Shown here: piece by piece, positions 38,271 to 47,072 of the stretch
Position numbering within the stretch: position 1 is the first letter of the stretch
Layout: each line of letters opens with the position of its first letter
NCBI GenBank assembly: GCA_963842915.1
Contig: CAWJII010000013.1
Span: 412,079-476,078 of the forward strand
Source: an uncultured delta proteobacterium
GTDB lineage: Bacteria; Myxococcota_A; Polyangia; Polyangiales; Houyiibacteriaceae
DNA: 64,000 nt
Reading direction: 5' to 3'
Made by a program: the position numbers and the translations under genes
The notes under the pieces: model-generated
Databases searched by the model: none
What the model saw: only the letters and a program-made list of their open reading frames with translations
Told to the model about the DNA's origin: nothing

Positions 38271-39450
38271 CCCGACTCTGCTCCTCGACTGGATCCCGAG
38301 GATATCGCGGGGGCAGATCGACCTCGACCTCTTCAGGCCTAAACTTGATCAGCTTTTCGACCGCGCGCAGTCGGTTTCGTTCTGATGGATCCACCAGCGA
38401 CCAGGCGGCTCCGGTGGCACCGGCGCGGCCCGTTCGGCCGATTCGGTGCACGTAGCTCTCGGGTTCGTGAGGTAGCTCGTAGTTGATGACGTGGGAGACC
38501 GCATCGATGTCGATGCCGCGCGCGGCGATATCCGTCGCGACCAGCACCCAGGATTCCCCGTTTTTGAAATTGCTCAAGGCTCGCTGACGCGCACCTTGTG
38601 ACTTGTTGCCGTGGATGGCTTCGGCGCCGATGCCTGCGTTTCCGAGCTTTTTGGCGACCTTGTTGGCCCCATGCTTGGTTCGCGTGAACACTATGGCCCG
38701 GGAGACTTCGTCGTCCCGAAGCAAATGCTCGAGCATGCGCTGCTTGTCGCCGGTGCCGACCATGACGACTCGCTGGTCGATTTCCTTTACGGTCACCTGT
38801 TTCGGCGAAACGTCGACGCGAATGGGATCTTTGAGGATCTCCCGGGCGAGCGCTGCAACGGCAGGTGGCATCGTGGCGGAAAAGAGTAGCGACTGACGGG
38901 TCTTGGGCGTCTGCGCGATGATGCGCTTGACGTCCCGGATGAATCCCATGTCGAGCAGCCGGTCGGCTTCGTCCAGCACCAGCACCTCGACCTCGGAGAG
39001 ATCGATGTGGCGCTGACCTGCCAGGTCGAGCAGGCGGCCGGGGGTTGCCACGACCACGTCGAGGCCCTGCTTGAGGGCTCTGATCTGTGGGTTCGCACCC
39101 ACGCCACCGAAGATGAACGTGTGACTGAGCCTCATGTGCTTTCCGTAGCGCTCGAGCTCGTCATGAATCTGAAGGGCGAGCTCGCGAGTGGGCGCTAGGA
39201 TCAGCGCGCGCGGCCGCCGGGGTTTCGCTGGTGAGTTTTCCTCATCCAGACGCTGCAACAGGGGCAACGCGAACGCTGCCGTTTTGCCGGTCCCCGTCTG
39301 GGCGATGCCCAGTAGGTCTCTCCCCTGCAAGAGCTGGGGGATGGCCTTGGATTGGATCGGCGTGGGCTCTGTGTAGCCCACGTCTCTCAGGGCCCGGCGA
39401 AGCTTTTCGCCGAGCCCGAGAGATTCGAAGTCACTAGGACTCGTGGTCAT
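38176..39450 (-). CDS. DEAD-box ATP-dependent RNA helicase (RhlE-like)
   Basis: Q-motif region, AQTGTGKT, VLDEADRLLDMGF, SAT and HRIGRTGRAG motifs, plus a basic C-terminal tail. Confidence 0.93.
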   Translation of the reverse strand: MTTSPSDFESLGLGEKLRRALRDVGYTEPTPIQSKAIPQLLQGRDLLGIAQTGTGKTAAFALPLLQRLDEENSPAKPRRPRALILAPTRELALQIHDELERYGKHMRLSHTFIFGGVGANPQIRALKQGLDVVVATPGRLLDLAGQRHIDLSEVEVLVLDEADRLLDMGFIRDVKRIIAQTPKTRQSLLFSATMPPAVAALAREILKDPIRVDVSPKQVTVKEIDQRVVMVGTGDKQRMLEHLLRDDEVSRAIVFTRTKHGANKVAKKLGNAGIGAEAIHGNKSQGARQRALSNFKNGESWVLVATDIAARGIDIDAVSHVINYELPHEPESYVHRIGRTGRAGATGAAWSLVDPSERNRLRAVEKLIKFRPEEVEVDLPPRYPRDPVEEQSRVNPPRQRSRRRASTNQKANAAALHRTGSRRH

Positions 39451-39463
39451 TCAGTAGTCCCGC

Positions 39464-39745
39464 TTACCAACGATTGTCGGAGCGGCGGTCGTTTCTCGGA
39501 CGGTCGTTCGCTGTGTCGACGCGGATGGTGCGGCCGTCAAGCGTGGAGCCGTTGAGCTCCTCGACTGCACGGCCGGCGCTGCCCTCGTCGTCGTATGTCA
39601 CGAAGCCGAAGCCCCGCGAGCGACCGGTTTCCCGGTCCGTAATTACCTTGGCCTCGGCGACTGCGCCGCATGCCTCGAAAGCCTGCTGAAGCTCACTGTC
39701 TGTCGTGTTCCAGCTCAGGCCACCTACGAATAGTTTCTTGCTCAT
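39464..39745 (-). CDS. RRM-type RNA-binding protein
   Basis: 93 aa. RNP-2 is KLFVGGL and RNP-1 is RGFGFVTY, with an Arg/Asp-rich tail. Confidence 0.9.
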   Translation of the reverse strand: MSKKLFVGGLSWNTTDSELQQAFEACGAVAEAKVITDRETGRSRGFGFVTYDDEGSAGRAVEELNGSTLDGRTIRVDTANDRPRNDRRSDNRW

Positions 39746-39993
39746 TCTGTCTGTCTCTCTCTGATCTATCTGCGCAGCATCAGCCGGGAACTGTCCCTTG
39801 CATCCACTCCGCGTCTCTAACTTGCCGATGTCTTCTACGAACCGTTTAACCGTTGTTGTGTTTCACGGTGCGGGTCTGGTAGGAACAGGTCGGCAGCGTG
39901 CTGGCAGCCCACGATGGACCGCCGCGTCCTTGATGGACGATGGCAGCAAGGTAGCAGTTGCCTCGCACTTGTCCAGCCAGCCGCAAATTGTCG

Positions 39994-41487
39994 CTATCGA
40001 CGGCTTTTGGGGCGCCCTCGCGGCGGCCTGGCCTCGAGCCCGAGGTAGCGATCCTCGGAAATGCCGTATTCGTCGAGGATTCGTGGGTTGGCTCGCCGGG
40101 CAGCATCGAGTTCGAGGGTCAGCACCCAGCCGTCTCCGGTCACAATCCGGAGCCATTTGCCCTTGGCCTGGTCGACGATCGAGGCCAGGTGCTTCAGGTC
40201 GCGCGGGACCTGCCCGTTGACCAGTCGGATGGTCTCGCCTCCCCAGTCCTGGTAGCCGCGGTTGACCGGGTGCGGGAGGACCTGCCCGAGCAGGATCACT
40301 TCTCGACGCTCCTTGGTGACCAGATTGTTCACCACCGCGTAGTTCAGCGAGTCCGGGTACACGGAGTCTGGGCCGTCGATCATGTCCTCGCTCAGGGGTT
40401 GGAACAGCAAGCCGGCAAACTGGAAGTAGCGCGGCCATTCGCTGGTGCGCCGGCCGGGGACCAAGGGCGTGTGCGGCCTGAGCGCAATCGTCTTGTTCAG
40501 CTTCTTGCCGTCTCGGAGAATAGTGACGGCCACTTCGTCGCCGACCTGCTTGCTCTGAAACGTGAGCTCGTAGTCGACGCGGCCGATGCCCGGCCAAGAT
40601 ACAGTGAGGTCGTTCGCAATGGACCGCCCGTCGATGGAGAGGAGCACATCGCGGGGTCGGAGCACTCCGTATGAAGGCCCGCCGTAGTCGACCCGGGTGA
40701 CGAGCGCTCCGGTCGCCGATGATTGCATCCGAGCCGCTCGCCGCTGCGCGTCACTCTCCATGTCCTGAACATCGATGCCGAGCCGGGGGAAGCCGTCATA
40801 GCGCGCGTCGGACACGTCTTGGAGAAAGTGTCGGATGACCGGGCTCGGAATCATGTAACCCACGTTGTCGGCATCATCCATGCCTTGCATGGCAATCCCG
40901 ACGACTGCGCCGTCGCTCACGACCGGGCCTCCGCTGTTTCCCTCGTTGATCGCTGCATCGATTTGCACCGAGAGCAGGCTGCGCCCCGATTGCGTGTAGG
41001 TGTCCAGCTCGATCCGAGAGACGATCCCCGATGTGATCGAGAGCGTGACGCCGCCGATGGGGAAACCGTAGGCCACCACCTCTTGCTGGAGCTTCGGCAT
41101 GTCGCCAATCGGCACGGAAGGAGCGCCCTCGAAGAAGCGCGGCGCGTCGACCTCGACCAGAGCCAAGTCGGCGTCGTGGCTGATGAAGACGACTTTCCCG
41201 GGGAATCGCTCGCTTCCGTCGGCGCGCTTCACCTCGATACCGACCGCGCTTTCGACGACGTGGGCGTTGGTGAGGATGCGCCGGCCGTCGATGATCACCC
41301 CGGAACCGTAGTAGAGCTCAGTGCCCTCGGTCTGCCAGGGCACCTCGAGGTCTGGGGGATCCGCATAGACCGAGAGTTGCACCACGCTGGTCGCGATGGA
41401 AGCGCCGTCTGCACGAGCGGCGCGCGGCGAGCCCCAAAGCGCCGCGAAGGCCAGCGCCGCGATGACTGGATGCGTGATTGCGTTCAT
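39994..41487 (-). CDS. Secreted trypsin-like serine protease (S1C, Deg/HtrA-like with PDZ-like C-terminal region)
   Basis: Signal peptide present. Triad contexts are TNAHVV, DADLALV and GNSGGPVV. The long C-terminal extension resembles Deg-type PDZ regions. Confidence 0.85.
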   Translation of the reverse strand: MNAITHPVIAALAFAALWGSPRAARADGASIATSVVQLSVYADPPDLEVPWQTEGTELYYGSGVIIDGRRILTNAHVVESAVGIEVKRADGSERFPGKVVFISHDADLALVEVDAPRFFEGAPSVPIGDMPKLQQEVVAYGFPIGGVTLSITSGIVSRIELDTYTQSGRSLLSVQIDAAINEGNSGGPVVSDGAVVGIAMQGMDDADNVGYMIPSPVIRHFLQDVSDARYDGFPRLGIDVQDMESDAQRRAARMQSSATGALVTRVDYGGPSYGVLRPRDVLLSIDGRSIANDLTVSWPGIGRVDYELTFQSKQVGDEVAVTILRDGKKLNKTIALRPHTPLVPGRRTSEWPRYFQFAGLLFQPLSEDMIDGPDSVYPDSLNYAVVNNLVTKERREVILLGQVLPHPVNRGYQDWGGETIRLVNGQVPRDLKHLASIVDQAKGKWLRIVTGDGWVLTLELDAARRANPRILDEYGISEDRYLGLEARPPRGRPKSRR

Positions 41488-41550
41488 GGCTGCGAATATT
41501 CAGCGCTGAGCTCGACGGCGGTCAAGCCCAAACCATGATAGGAATCGCGA

Positions 41551-42603
41551 ATGCGCGTCGACACGTTTAGTTCTGAAGTCAACGACTGGTCCAAGATCGC
41601 AGCGGCGGCCCAGCAGGCAGAGGCCCGTGGGTTCGACGGGTTCGCGATTCCGGAGATCACCAACGATCCCATTCTCAATGCAGCCATTGCGGCGAACGCG
41701 ACCGAGCGAATTCACGCGCGCACAGCAATCGCCGTGGCCTTTCCGCGCAGCCCGATGGTCGTCGCCGAGCAGGCCTGGTCGATTCAGACGAACTCCGCTG
41801 GGCGCTTCGGGCTCGGGCTCGGCACACAGGTCAGAGCGCACAACGAGCGCCGTTTCAGCACGCCATGGAAGGCTCCTCGCAGCCGTATCATCGAATACGT
41901 GAAGTCGCTTCGTGCGATTTGGCGTTGCTGGGAGCTTGGCGAGCGCTTGGACTACCAGGGTGAGCACTATCAGTTTTCGCTGATGACGCCGGAGTTCACG
42001 CCTCCGAAGTCGAACCTGCCGATGGTGCCGGTGTACCTCGCGGCCGTGCGGCCGAAGATGGTCGAGTCGGCTGCTAGCGTTGCCGACGGGCTGCGCCTGC
42101 ACTTCTTCTGCACCAAGAAGTATCTGCAAGAGGTCACCTGGCCGGCGATCGAACGCGGCCTGGCCGCCAGCGGGCGTTCTCGGAGCGAGCTCGAAGTCTG
42201 TGGCGGCGGCTTCATCATGACCGGGCCCGACGAAGAGACGCTCATGAAGAACCGCGAGTGGGTGCGCTACCGTGTGGCGTTCTATGGCTCGACTCCGGCG
42301 TATCTGCCTGTGATGTCGCTCCACGGCTGGGACGACTTGGCGCAGAAGCTCAACCAGATGTCGAGGGCGGGGCAGTGGAAGAAGATGGCGGCCGAGGTGC
42401 CGGACGACCTGGTCGACGAGTTCGGGGTCTTTGCCACCTACGAAAACCTTCCGAAGGTGATCGAGGAGCGTTTTGGCGGCATCTCGGACACGGTGGAATT
42501 CGGGTTCGAGGCCGACATCGACCCGGACTACGCCCGAAGCATCATCGAGCAGGTTCATCAGATCGGGAGCCGCTTCGAGGCTCACGCGAACCACTACGAC
42601 TAG
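41551..42603 (+). CDS. Luciferase-like monooxygenase (LLM) class, probable F420-dependent oxidoreductase
   Basis: 350 aa: ...AEARGFDGFAIPEITNDP...RFGLGLGTQVRAHNERRF... This resembles the LLM / F420-dependent subfamily. Confidence 0.8.
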   Translation: MRVDTFSSEVNDWSKIAAAAQQAEARGFDGFAIPEITNDPILNAAIAANATERIHARTAIAVAFPRSPMVVAEQAWSIQTNSAGRFGLGLGTQVRAHNERRFSTPWKAPRSRIIEYVKSLRAIWRCWELGERLDYQGEHYQFSLMTPEFTPPKSNLPMVPVYLAAVRPKMVESAASVADGLRLHFFCTKKYLQEVTWPAIERGLAASGRSRSELEVCGGGFIMTGPDEETLMKNREWVRYRVAFYGSTPAYLPVMSLHGWDDLAQKLNQMSRAGQWKKMAAEVPDDLVDEFGVFATYENLPKVIEERFGGISDTVEFGFEADIDPDYARSIIEQVHQIGSRFEAHANHYD

Positions 42604-44363
42604 TCGCTGTTCTTGCTCAGCACCAAGAGCGCGGTTTCGGCGGCAAGATTGGCGTCCTCGTCGTCGCCGATGATCCGTCCCTCGGTGTCGTCGTAGTAGC
42701 GGGCGCGCTCGACGGTGACGCCCATCTTCTCGCAGAGATCGAGCATGTCGCGGATCGACGGGAAGCGCCGGTTCGGCGTGTTGTACCACTCGTAGGAGTA
42801 CGAGCCTGGCGCTTTGGGAGCGCGGCCTTCGAGGCCGAACATCTCGCGAAGCGTTCGATGCGCGAAATTGGTGAAGCCGACGATGGCGCGACGGCCGACC
42901 CGGAGCGCGTCTTCGAGCAAGCGCTCGACGTTCGGAACAGCTTGAAGGGTCGATGAGAGGACGACGTAGTCGAAACGGTTGTCGTCGAACTCGGGCAGGC
43001 TGACGTTCAAATCGTAGTCGATGGCCTCGACGCCTTGCTGCATGGTGGCTGCGATGAGCTCCGTGCTCACCTCGACACCACAGAGCAGTGGCGCGCCGCG
43101 TTCTTTGAGCCGGGCCAGGAGATCGCCCTCCCCGCATCCGAGGTCGAGCACGGAGCTCCCGGGGGGGATTAGCTCGAGGATGCGATCGTCTTCCGAGCTC
43201 ACGCGCGGTGGCCGTGGGTTTGGCGCGCCGAGCTTTGCGGCGACAAGCGGGCCGAAGGCCTCGATGTCGTCCGGGAGCAAGAAGCTATCGTGGCCGCCAT
43301 CGGTTTCGATTTCGCAATAGGAAACCGGCTGACCGAGGGTCGTCATGATCGCGACGAGCTCGCGTGACTGGGCGGGCGGAAACAGCCAGTCGCTCGAGAA
43401 CGAGATCAGCAGCCAATCGCACTGCGCGGCGCGAAACGCCTCGAGCCGGCGCTCGCGCGTGTCGCCTAGGTCGAAGTTGTCCATGGCGAGCGTGACACTG
43501 ACGTACGAGTTCGCATCGAAGCGGCCTACGAACTGCTTGCCCTGGTACGCCAAGTACGAGCCAACCGAAAATCGCTTCTCGAAATCGGTGACGATGTCCC
43601 GGGGCGAATGCCGGTCGAGATCGAACTTCCGGGTCATCGCTTCTGACGACAGATAGGTGATGTGCCCGAGCATCCGGGCGAGCGCGAGGCCCGTCCGCGG
43701 GAATTCGCCGGTACCGTAGTACTGGCCTCCGTGGAACTGGGGATCGGATTGGATGGCGTTTCGGCCGACGACGTCGAACGCGATCGCCTGCGCGGTGACG
43801 CGAGCCGAGGCGGCGATTGGGATCGCGGTTTCGACGTATTGTGGGTACCGGGTCGCCCAGCAGAGCGTCTGGTGGCCTCCGAGCGAACCGCCGAGGACGG
43901 CGCGGAGACGTTTGATACCGAGCAGATCGATGAGCCGCTTCTGAACGTCGACCATGTCCTCGACGGTCACGAGGGGGAAGTCGCTGCCGTAGGGAATTTC
44001 GGTCACCGGATTGATGGTCGCGGGTCCGGTCGTACCGCGGCAGCCACCGAGGACGTTCGAGCAGACGACGAAGAGCCGATCGGTGTCGACGGCCTTCCCC
44101 GGACCGACGAGCCCTTCCCACCAGCCCGAGTCGTCATGCTCGTCGTGCCGGGCCAGGTGGGAGTCACCGGTGATCGCGTGGCAAATGAGCACCGCATTGC
44201 TGCCGTCCTCGTCGAGCTTCCCATATGTCTCGTACGCGACCTCGACGCTTGGAAGCACCCCACCGAGGTGGAGCTGCATCGGCGTCGGGAAGACCGCAGT
44301 CTGCACATGGCGAAGCGGCTTCCCGCTCCGCATCGAATCGGTGCTTTCGAACTCCACGACCAC
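42600..44363 (-). CDS. metX: Homoserine O-acetyltransferase fused to a MetW-like domain
   Basis: Residues 1 to about 380 are MetX-like (...ICHAITGDSH..., GGSLGG nucleophile). Residues from about 390 to 587 are MetW-like (VLDLGCGEGDLLARL...). They form a single uninterrupted 587-aa ORF. Confidence 0.88.
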   Translation of the reverse strand: MVVEFESTDSMRSGKPLRHVQTAVFPTPMQLHLGGVLPSVEVAYETYGKLDEDGSNAVLICHAITGDSHLARHDEHDDSGWWEGLVGPGKAVDTDRLFVVCSNVLGGCRGTTGPATINPVTEIPYGSDFPLVTVEDMVDVQKRLIDLLGIKRLRAVLGGSLGGHQTLCWATRYPQYVETAIPIAASARVTAQAIAFDVVGRNAIQSDPQFHGGQYYGTGEFPRTGLALARMLGHITYLSSEAMTRKFDLDRHSPRDIVTDFEKRFSVGSYLAYQGKQFVGRFDANSYVSVTLAMDNFDLGDTRERRLEAFRAAQCDWLLISFSSDWLFPPAQSRELVAIMTTLGQPVSYCEIETDGGHDSFLLPDDIEAFGPLVAAKLGAPNPRPPRVSSEDDRILELIPPGSSVLDLGCGEGDLLARLKERGAPLLCGVEVSTELIAATMQQGVEAIDYDLNVSLPEFDDNRFDYVVLSSTLQAVPNVERLLEDALRVGRRAIVGFTNFAHRTLREMFGLEGRAPKAPGSYSYEWYNTPNRRFPSIRDMLDLCEKMGVTVERARYYDDTEGRIIGDDEDANLAAETALLVLSKNSD

Positions 44364-44377
44364 GACAGTCGGTTAGC

Positions 44378-45688
44378 CTACCCCACGGCGGCCGCAAGTG
44401 CTTGGTCGATGTCCTCGATGATGTCTTTGACATCCTCGATGCCGACCGAGACGCGGACATATTCCGGCACGACCCCGGTCTGCTGCTGCTCGGCGGGGCT
44501 GAGCTGCTGGTGCGTGGTCGAGGCTGGATGAATGACCAGCGTCTTGGCGTCGCCGATGTTCGCGAGGTGCGAACAGAGCTTCACCGAGTTGATGAACTTC
44601 TTGCCCGCTTCCATGCCGCCCCGGATGCCGAAACCGAGGATCGCGCCCTTGCCATCTGGCAGGTAGTGGTTGGCACGCTCGTTGTCGGGGTGGGACGGCA
44701 GACCTGGGTAGTTCACCCACTCGACCGCATCGTGCTTCTCGAGGTGCTCGGCGACCGCCTGGGCGTTCTCGCAGTGCCGGGGCATCCGGAGATGAAGCGT
44801 TTCGAGCCCCTGCAAGAAGAGAAATGCGGCAAAAGGGCTCATCGCAGCGCCGGTGTCTCGGAGCCAGTGCGTTCGGATCTGGACGAGGTAGGAGATGTTC
44901 CCCATCGGCGCGAGCGCATCGGCAAGGACCGCGCCGTGGTAGTTCGGGGATGGCCCGCAGAGCTCCGGCCACTTTTCACGGTTGTCGGTCCACTGGAACT
45001 TGCCCGAGTCGACGATCGCCCCGCCGATGTGGGTGCCGTGCCCGCCGATGAACTTCGTGGTCGAATAGACGTTGATGTCGATCCCGTGCTCGAAGGGTCG
45101 GAACAGGTACGGCGTCATCACCGTGTTGTCGCAGACCAGCGGAAGAGCCCCGTGCGGCGCGCTGTGGGCCGCTTCGGCGATGGCCTTGAAGTCCGGTACG
45201 TCGTTTTTGGGATTGCCGATCGACTCGATGTAGACGAGGCGCGTGTTCTCGTCGACGAGGTCGTGAATCTGCTCGGGGTGCGCCGGGTCGAAAAAGCGAA
45301 CTTCGACGCCGAGATTCTTGAAGGTGTTGTTGAACAGTGTCCAGGTTCCGCCGTAGAGACTCGTGGCGGACACGAAGTTCTGCCCCGAGTGGCAGAGGGT
45401 GAGAATCGCCGCATTGATCGCAGACTGACCCGACGCAAAGCACAGGCCGGTCACGCCGCCATCGAGGGCCGCCAAGCGCTTTTCGAGGACGTCGACCGTC
45501 GGATTCATCAGGCGCGAGTAGATGTTCCCGAACTCGGCAAGCCCAAAGAGCGCGGCTGCATGGTCGGTATCGTTGAAGACGTATGACGAAGTCGCGTAGA
45601 TCGGCACGGCGCGCGAGTTGGTCGTGGGGTCGGGTACCTGGCCGGCGTGAAGCGCACGCGTGCCCAGGCCGTAGTTCTCTTCAGTCAT
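44378..45688 (-). CDS. metY: O-acetylhomoserine (thiol)-lyase / sulfhydrylase
   Basis: Track ORF 44378..45967 trimmed to MTEENYGLGTRALHAG... PLP-enzyme motifs of the Cys/Met metabolism family are present (...STTKFIGGHG...). Confidence 0.93.
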   Translation of the reverse strand: MTEENYGLGTRALHAGQVPDPTTNSRAVPIYATSSYVFNDTDHAAALFGLAEFGNIYSRLMNPTVDVLEKRLAALDGGVTGLCFASGQSAINAAILTLCHSGQNFVSATSLYGGTWTLFNNTFKNLGVEVRFFDPAHPEQIHDLVDENTRLVYIESIGNPKNDVPDFKAIAEAAHSAPHGALPLVCDNTVMTPYLFRPFEHGIDINVYSTTKFIGGHGTHIGGAIVDSGKFQWTDNREKWPELCGPSPNYHGAVLADALAPMGNISYLVQIRTHWLRDTGAAMSPFAAFLFLQGLETLHLRMPRHCENAQAVAEHLEKHDAVEWVNYPGLPSHPDNERANHYLPDGKGAILGFGIRGGMEAGKKFINSVKLCSHLANIGDAKTLVIHPASTTHQQLSPAEQQQTGVVPEYVRVSVGIEDVKDIIEDIDQALAAAVG

Positions 45689-45837
45689 ATCGAATACCTC
45701 GTTGCTTGAGCTCGAGTGAAAGTGCTGGGGGCGGCGAGGATAACGCGACTTGGGCGCAGAGTCAGCGCCGTTTGACCCTGAGTCGCAAGACTTGCGCGTT
45801 CGGGACCTCAGAAACCGCGAAAATGCGGTCATCTCAG

Positions 45838-45853
45838 TGGCACGGGCATTGCA
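45838..45853 (+). promoter_or_regulatory. Sigma-54 (RpoN) -24/-12 promoter match upstream of the Cys-rich protein gene
   Basis: TGGCAC-GGGCA-TTGCA on the plus strand. It lies about 47 nt upstream of GTG 45900, with GGGGAGG (45888-45894) as the SD. Confidence 0.5.
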
Positions 45854-45899
45854 GCGAACGAGAGCACGGCGGACGCAATGCGCCACTGGGGAGGTTGCT

Positions 45900-46991
45900 G
45901 TGCTGAAGAACTTCTCGTGGGTTTTGCTATCGCCAGCGGCGCTGGCCGGACTTGCAGTGGGCTCCATTCACTGCAGCGACGTGCCTGCAGACAAGCAGTG
46001 CCTCGACGCTGAGGACTGTGGCTCCAGGGCGTGGACCAACTACGAGTGCAGCCGCCAAGGGGGGCACTGGGAGTGCAGCCAGGGGATTTGCTTCCCGGTC
46101 TGTGCGGAGTGCGCGACGGTGGAGCAGTGCGTCGGCGAATGGACGCAGGAGTGCCACGGCCACTTCGCCTGCACCGATGGGGAGTGCGGAGAAGTCTGTG
46201 ATCCGCTGGGCTGCAGCGACGGCATCTGCAACATCGTCGGCGGAGAGACGATCGACAGCTGCCCGGAAGATTGCGCGGAGCCCTGCGAGGTCGCGTCCGA
46301 CTGCCTGGCTGGGTACGACTGGGATGCGCCCTGCCAAGGACACTGGGCCTGCCAGTCCCAGGACTGTGTGGAGATCTGCAACTATGACACCTGTAGCGAT
46401 GGAATGTGCGACTCGGCTGGCGGCGAAGATGCGGATAGTTGCCCTGGGGACTGCGTCGAAGGCTGCCGACCGCTCGTCCCGAGCGATTGCTTCAGCGAGC
46501 AATGGGCGCCGATGTCGATCTGTCAGGGCCGTTGGAACTGCCTGCCGACCGGCGTGTGCGACAGGTTGTGCGACTCCAACAACTGCGGCGACGGGGTCTG
46601 CTGGGGGCTCAACGGCGAAAACGAGGATTCGTGCTTCGTGGATTGCCTCGGCGGGCCATGCGATGAGCTGATCGACTGCATGGGACAGCGCTGGTACGAC
46701 CCGGACCACCAAGCGTGCCAGGGGCACTGGCAGTGCAACCCGGCGGACCCGCCGGGTCAACTCACGACCGGCGCCTGCGAAGCGGTTTGCGACGACGCGC
46801 CCGGAGGGGGCTGCGGGGACGGTAGCTGCGACACCCTCGATGGGGAAACCCCAGTGAGTTGCCTGGTCGACTGCGGTGGCGGCGACTACGCATGCACCAC
46901 GAGCGGCGATTGCAGCGCGCTCACGCTCCCAAGCGGCTGCACGGGCGATTGGATCTGCGCCGGCCTCATTTGTGTGCCCCAATGTGAGTAG
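45900..46991 (+). CDS. Secreted cysteine-rich modular repeat protein (function unknown)
   Basis: Track ORF 45750..46991 trimmed to GTG 45900, preceded by GGGGAGG. Signal-like N-terminus LKNFSWVLLSPAALAGLAVG. It has four CxDGxC-x4-GE-x3-SC-x2-DC modules alternating with six C...C-x-G-[HRD]-[WF]-x-C...C modules. Confidence 0.7.
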   Translation: MLKNFSWVLLSPAALAGLAVGSIHCSDVPADKQCLDAEDCGSRAWTNYECSRQGGHWECSQGICFPVCAECATVEQCVGEWTQECHGHFACTDGECGEVCDPLGCSDGICNIVGGETIDSCPEDCAEPCEVASDCLAGYDWDAPCQGHWACQSQDCVEICNYDTCSDGMCDSAGGEDADSCPGDCVEGCRPLVPSDCFSEQWAPMSICQGRWNCLPTGVCDRLCDSNNCGDGVCWGLNGENEDSCFVDCLGGPCDELIDCMGQRWYDPDHQACQGHWQCNPADPPGQLTTGACEAVCDDAPGGGCGDGSCDTLDGETPVSCLVDCGGGDYACTTSGDCSALTLPSGCTGDWICAGLICVPQCE

Positions 46992-47072
46992 CCCCAAGAA
47001 CCCCTGGACCGTTGAAACGGTGATGCAGCTTACCGCTTAGATCGATTCCGGCGCGGGTGCGTCTGTGAATGT

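Noticed and set aside
45689-45837. Possible SAM-type riboswitch in the metY leader. On the minus strand there are several hairpins (ACCGC...GCGGT, CGCAA-GTC-TTGCG, GCGACT...AGTCGC) with alternative pairings.
   Set aside because: I could not find the conserved cores of SAM-I, SAM-II or other SAM classes that I remember, and the pairings are short. It is worth an Rfam cmscan, but it is not supportable from sequence reading alone.
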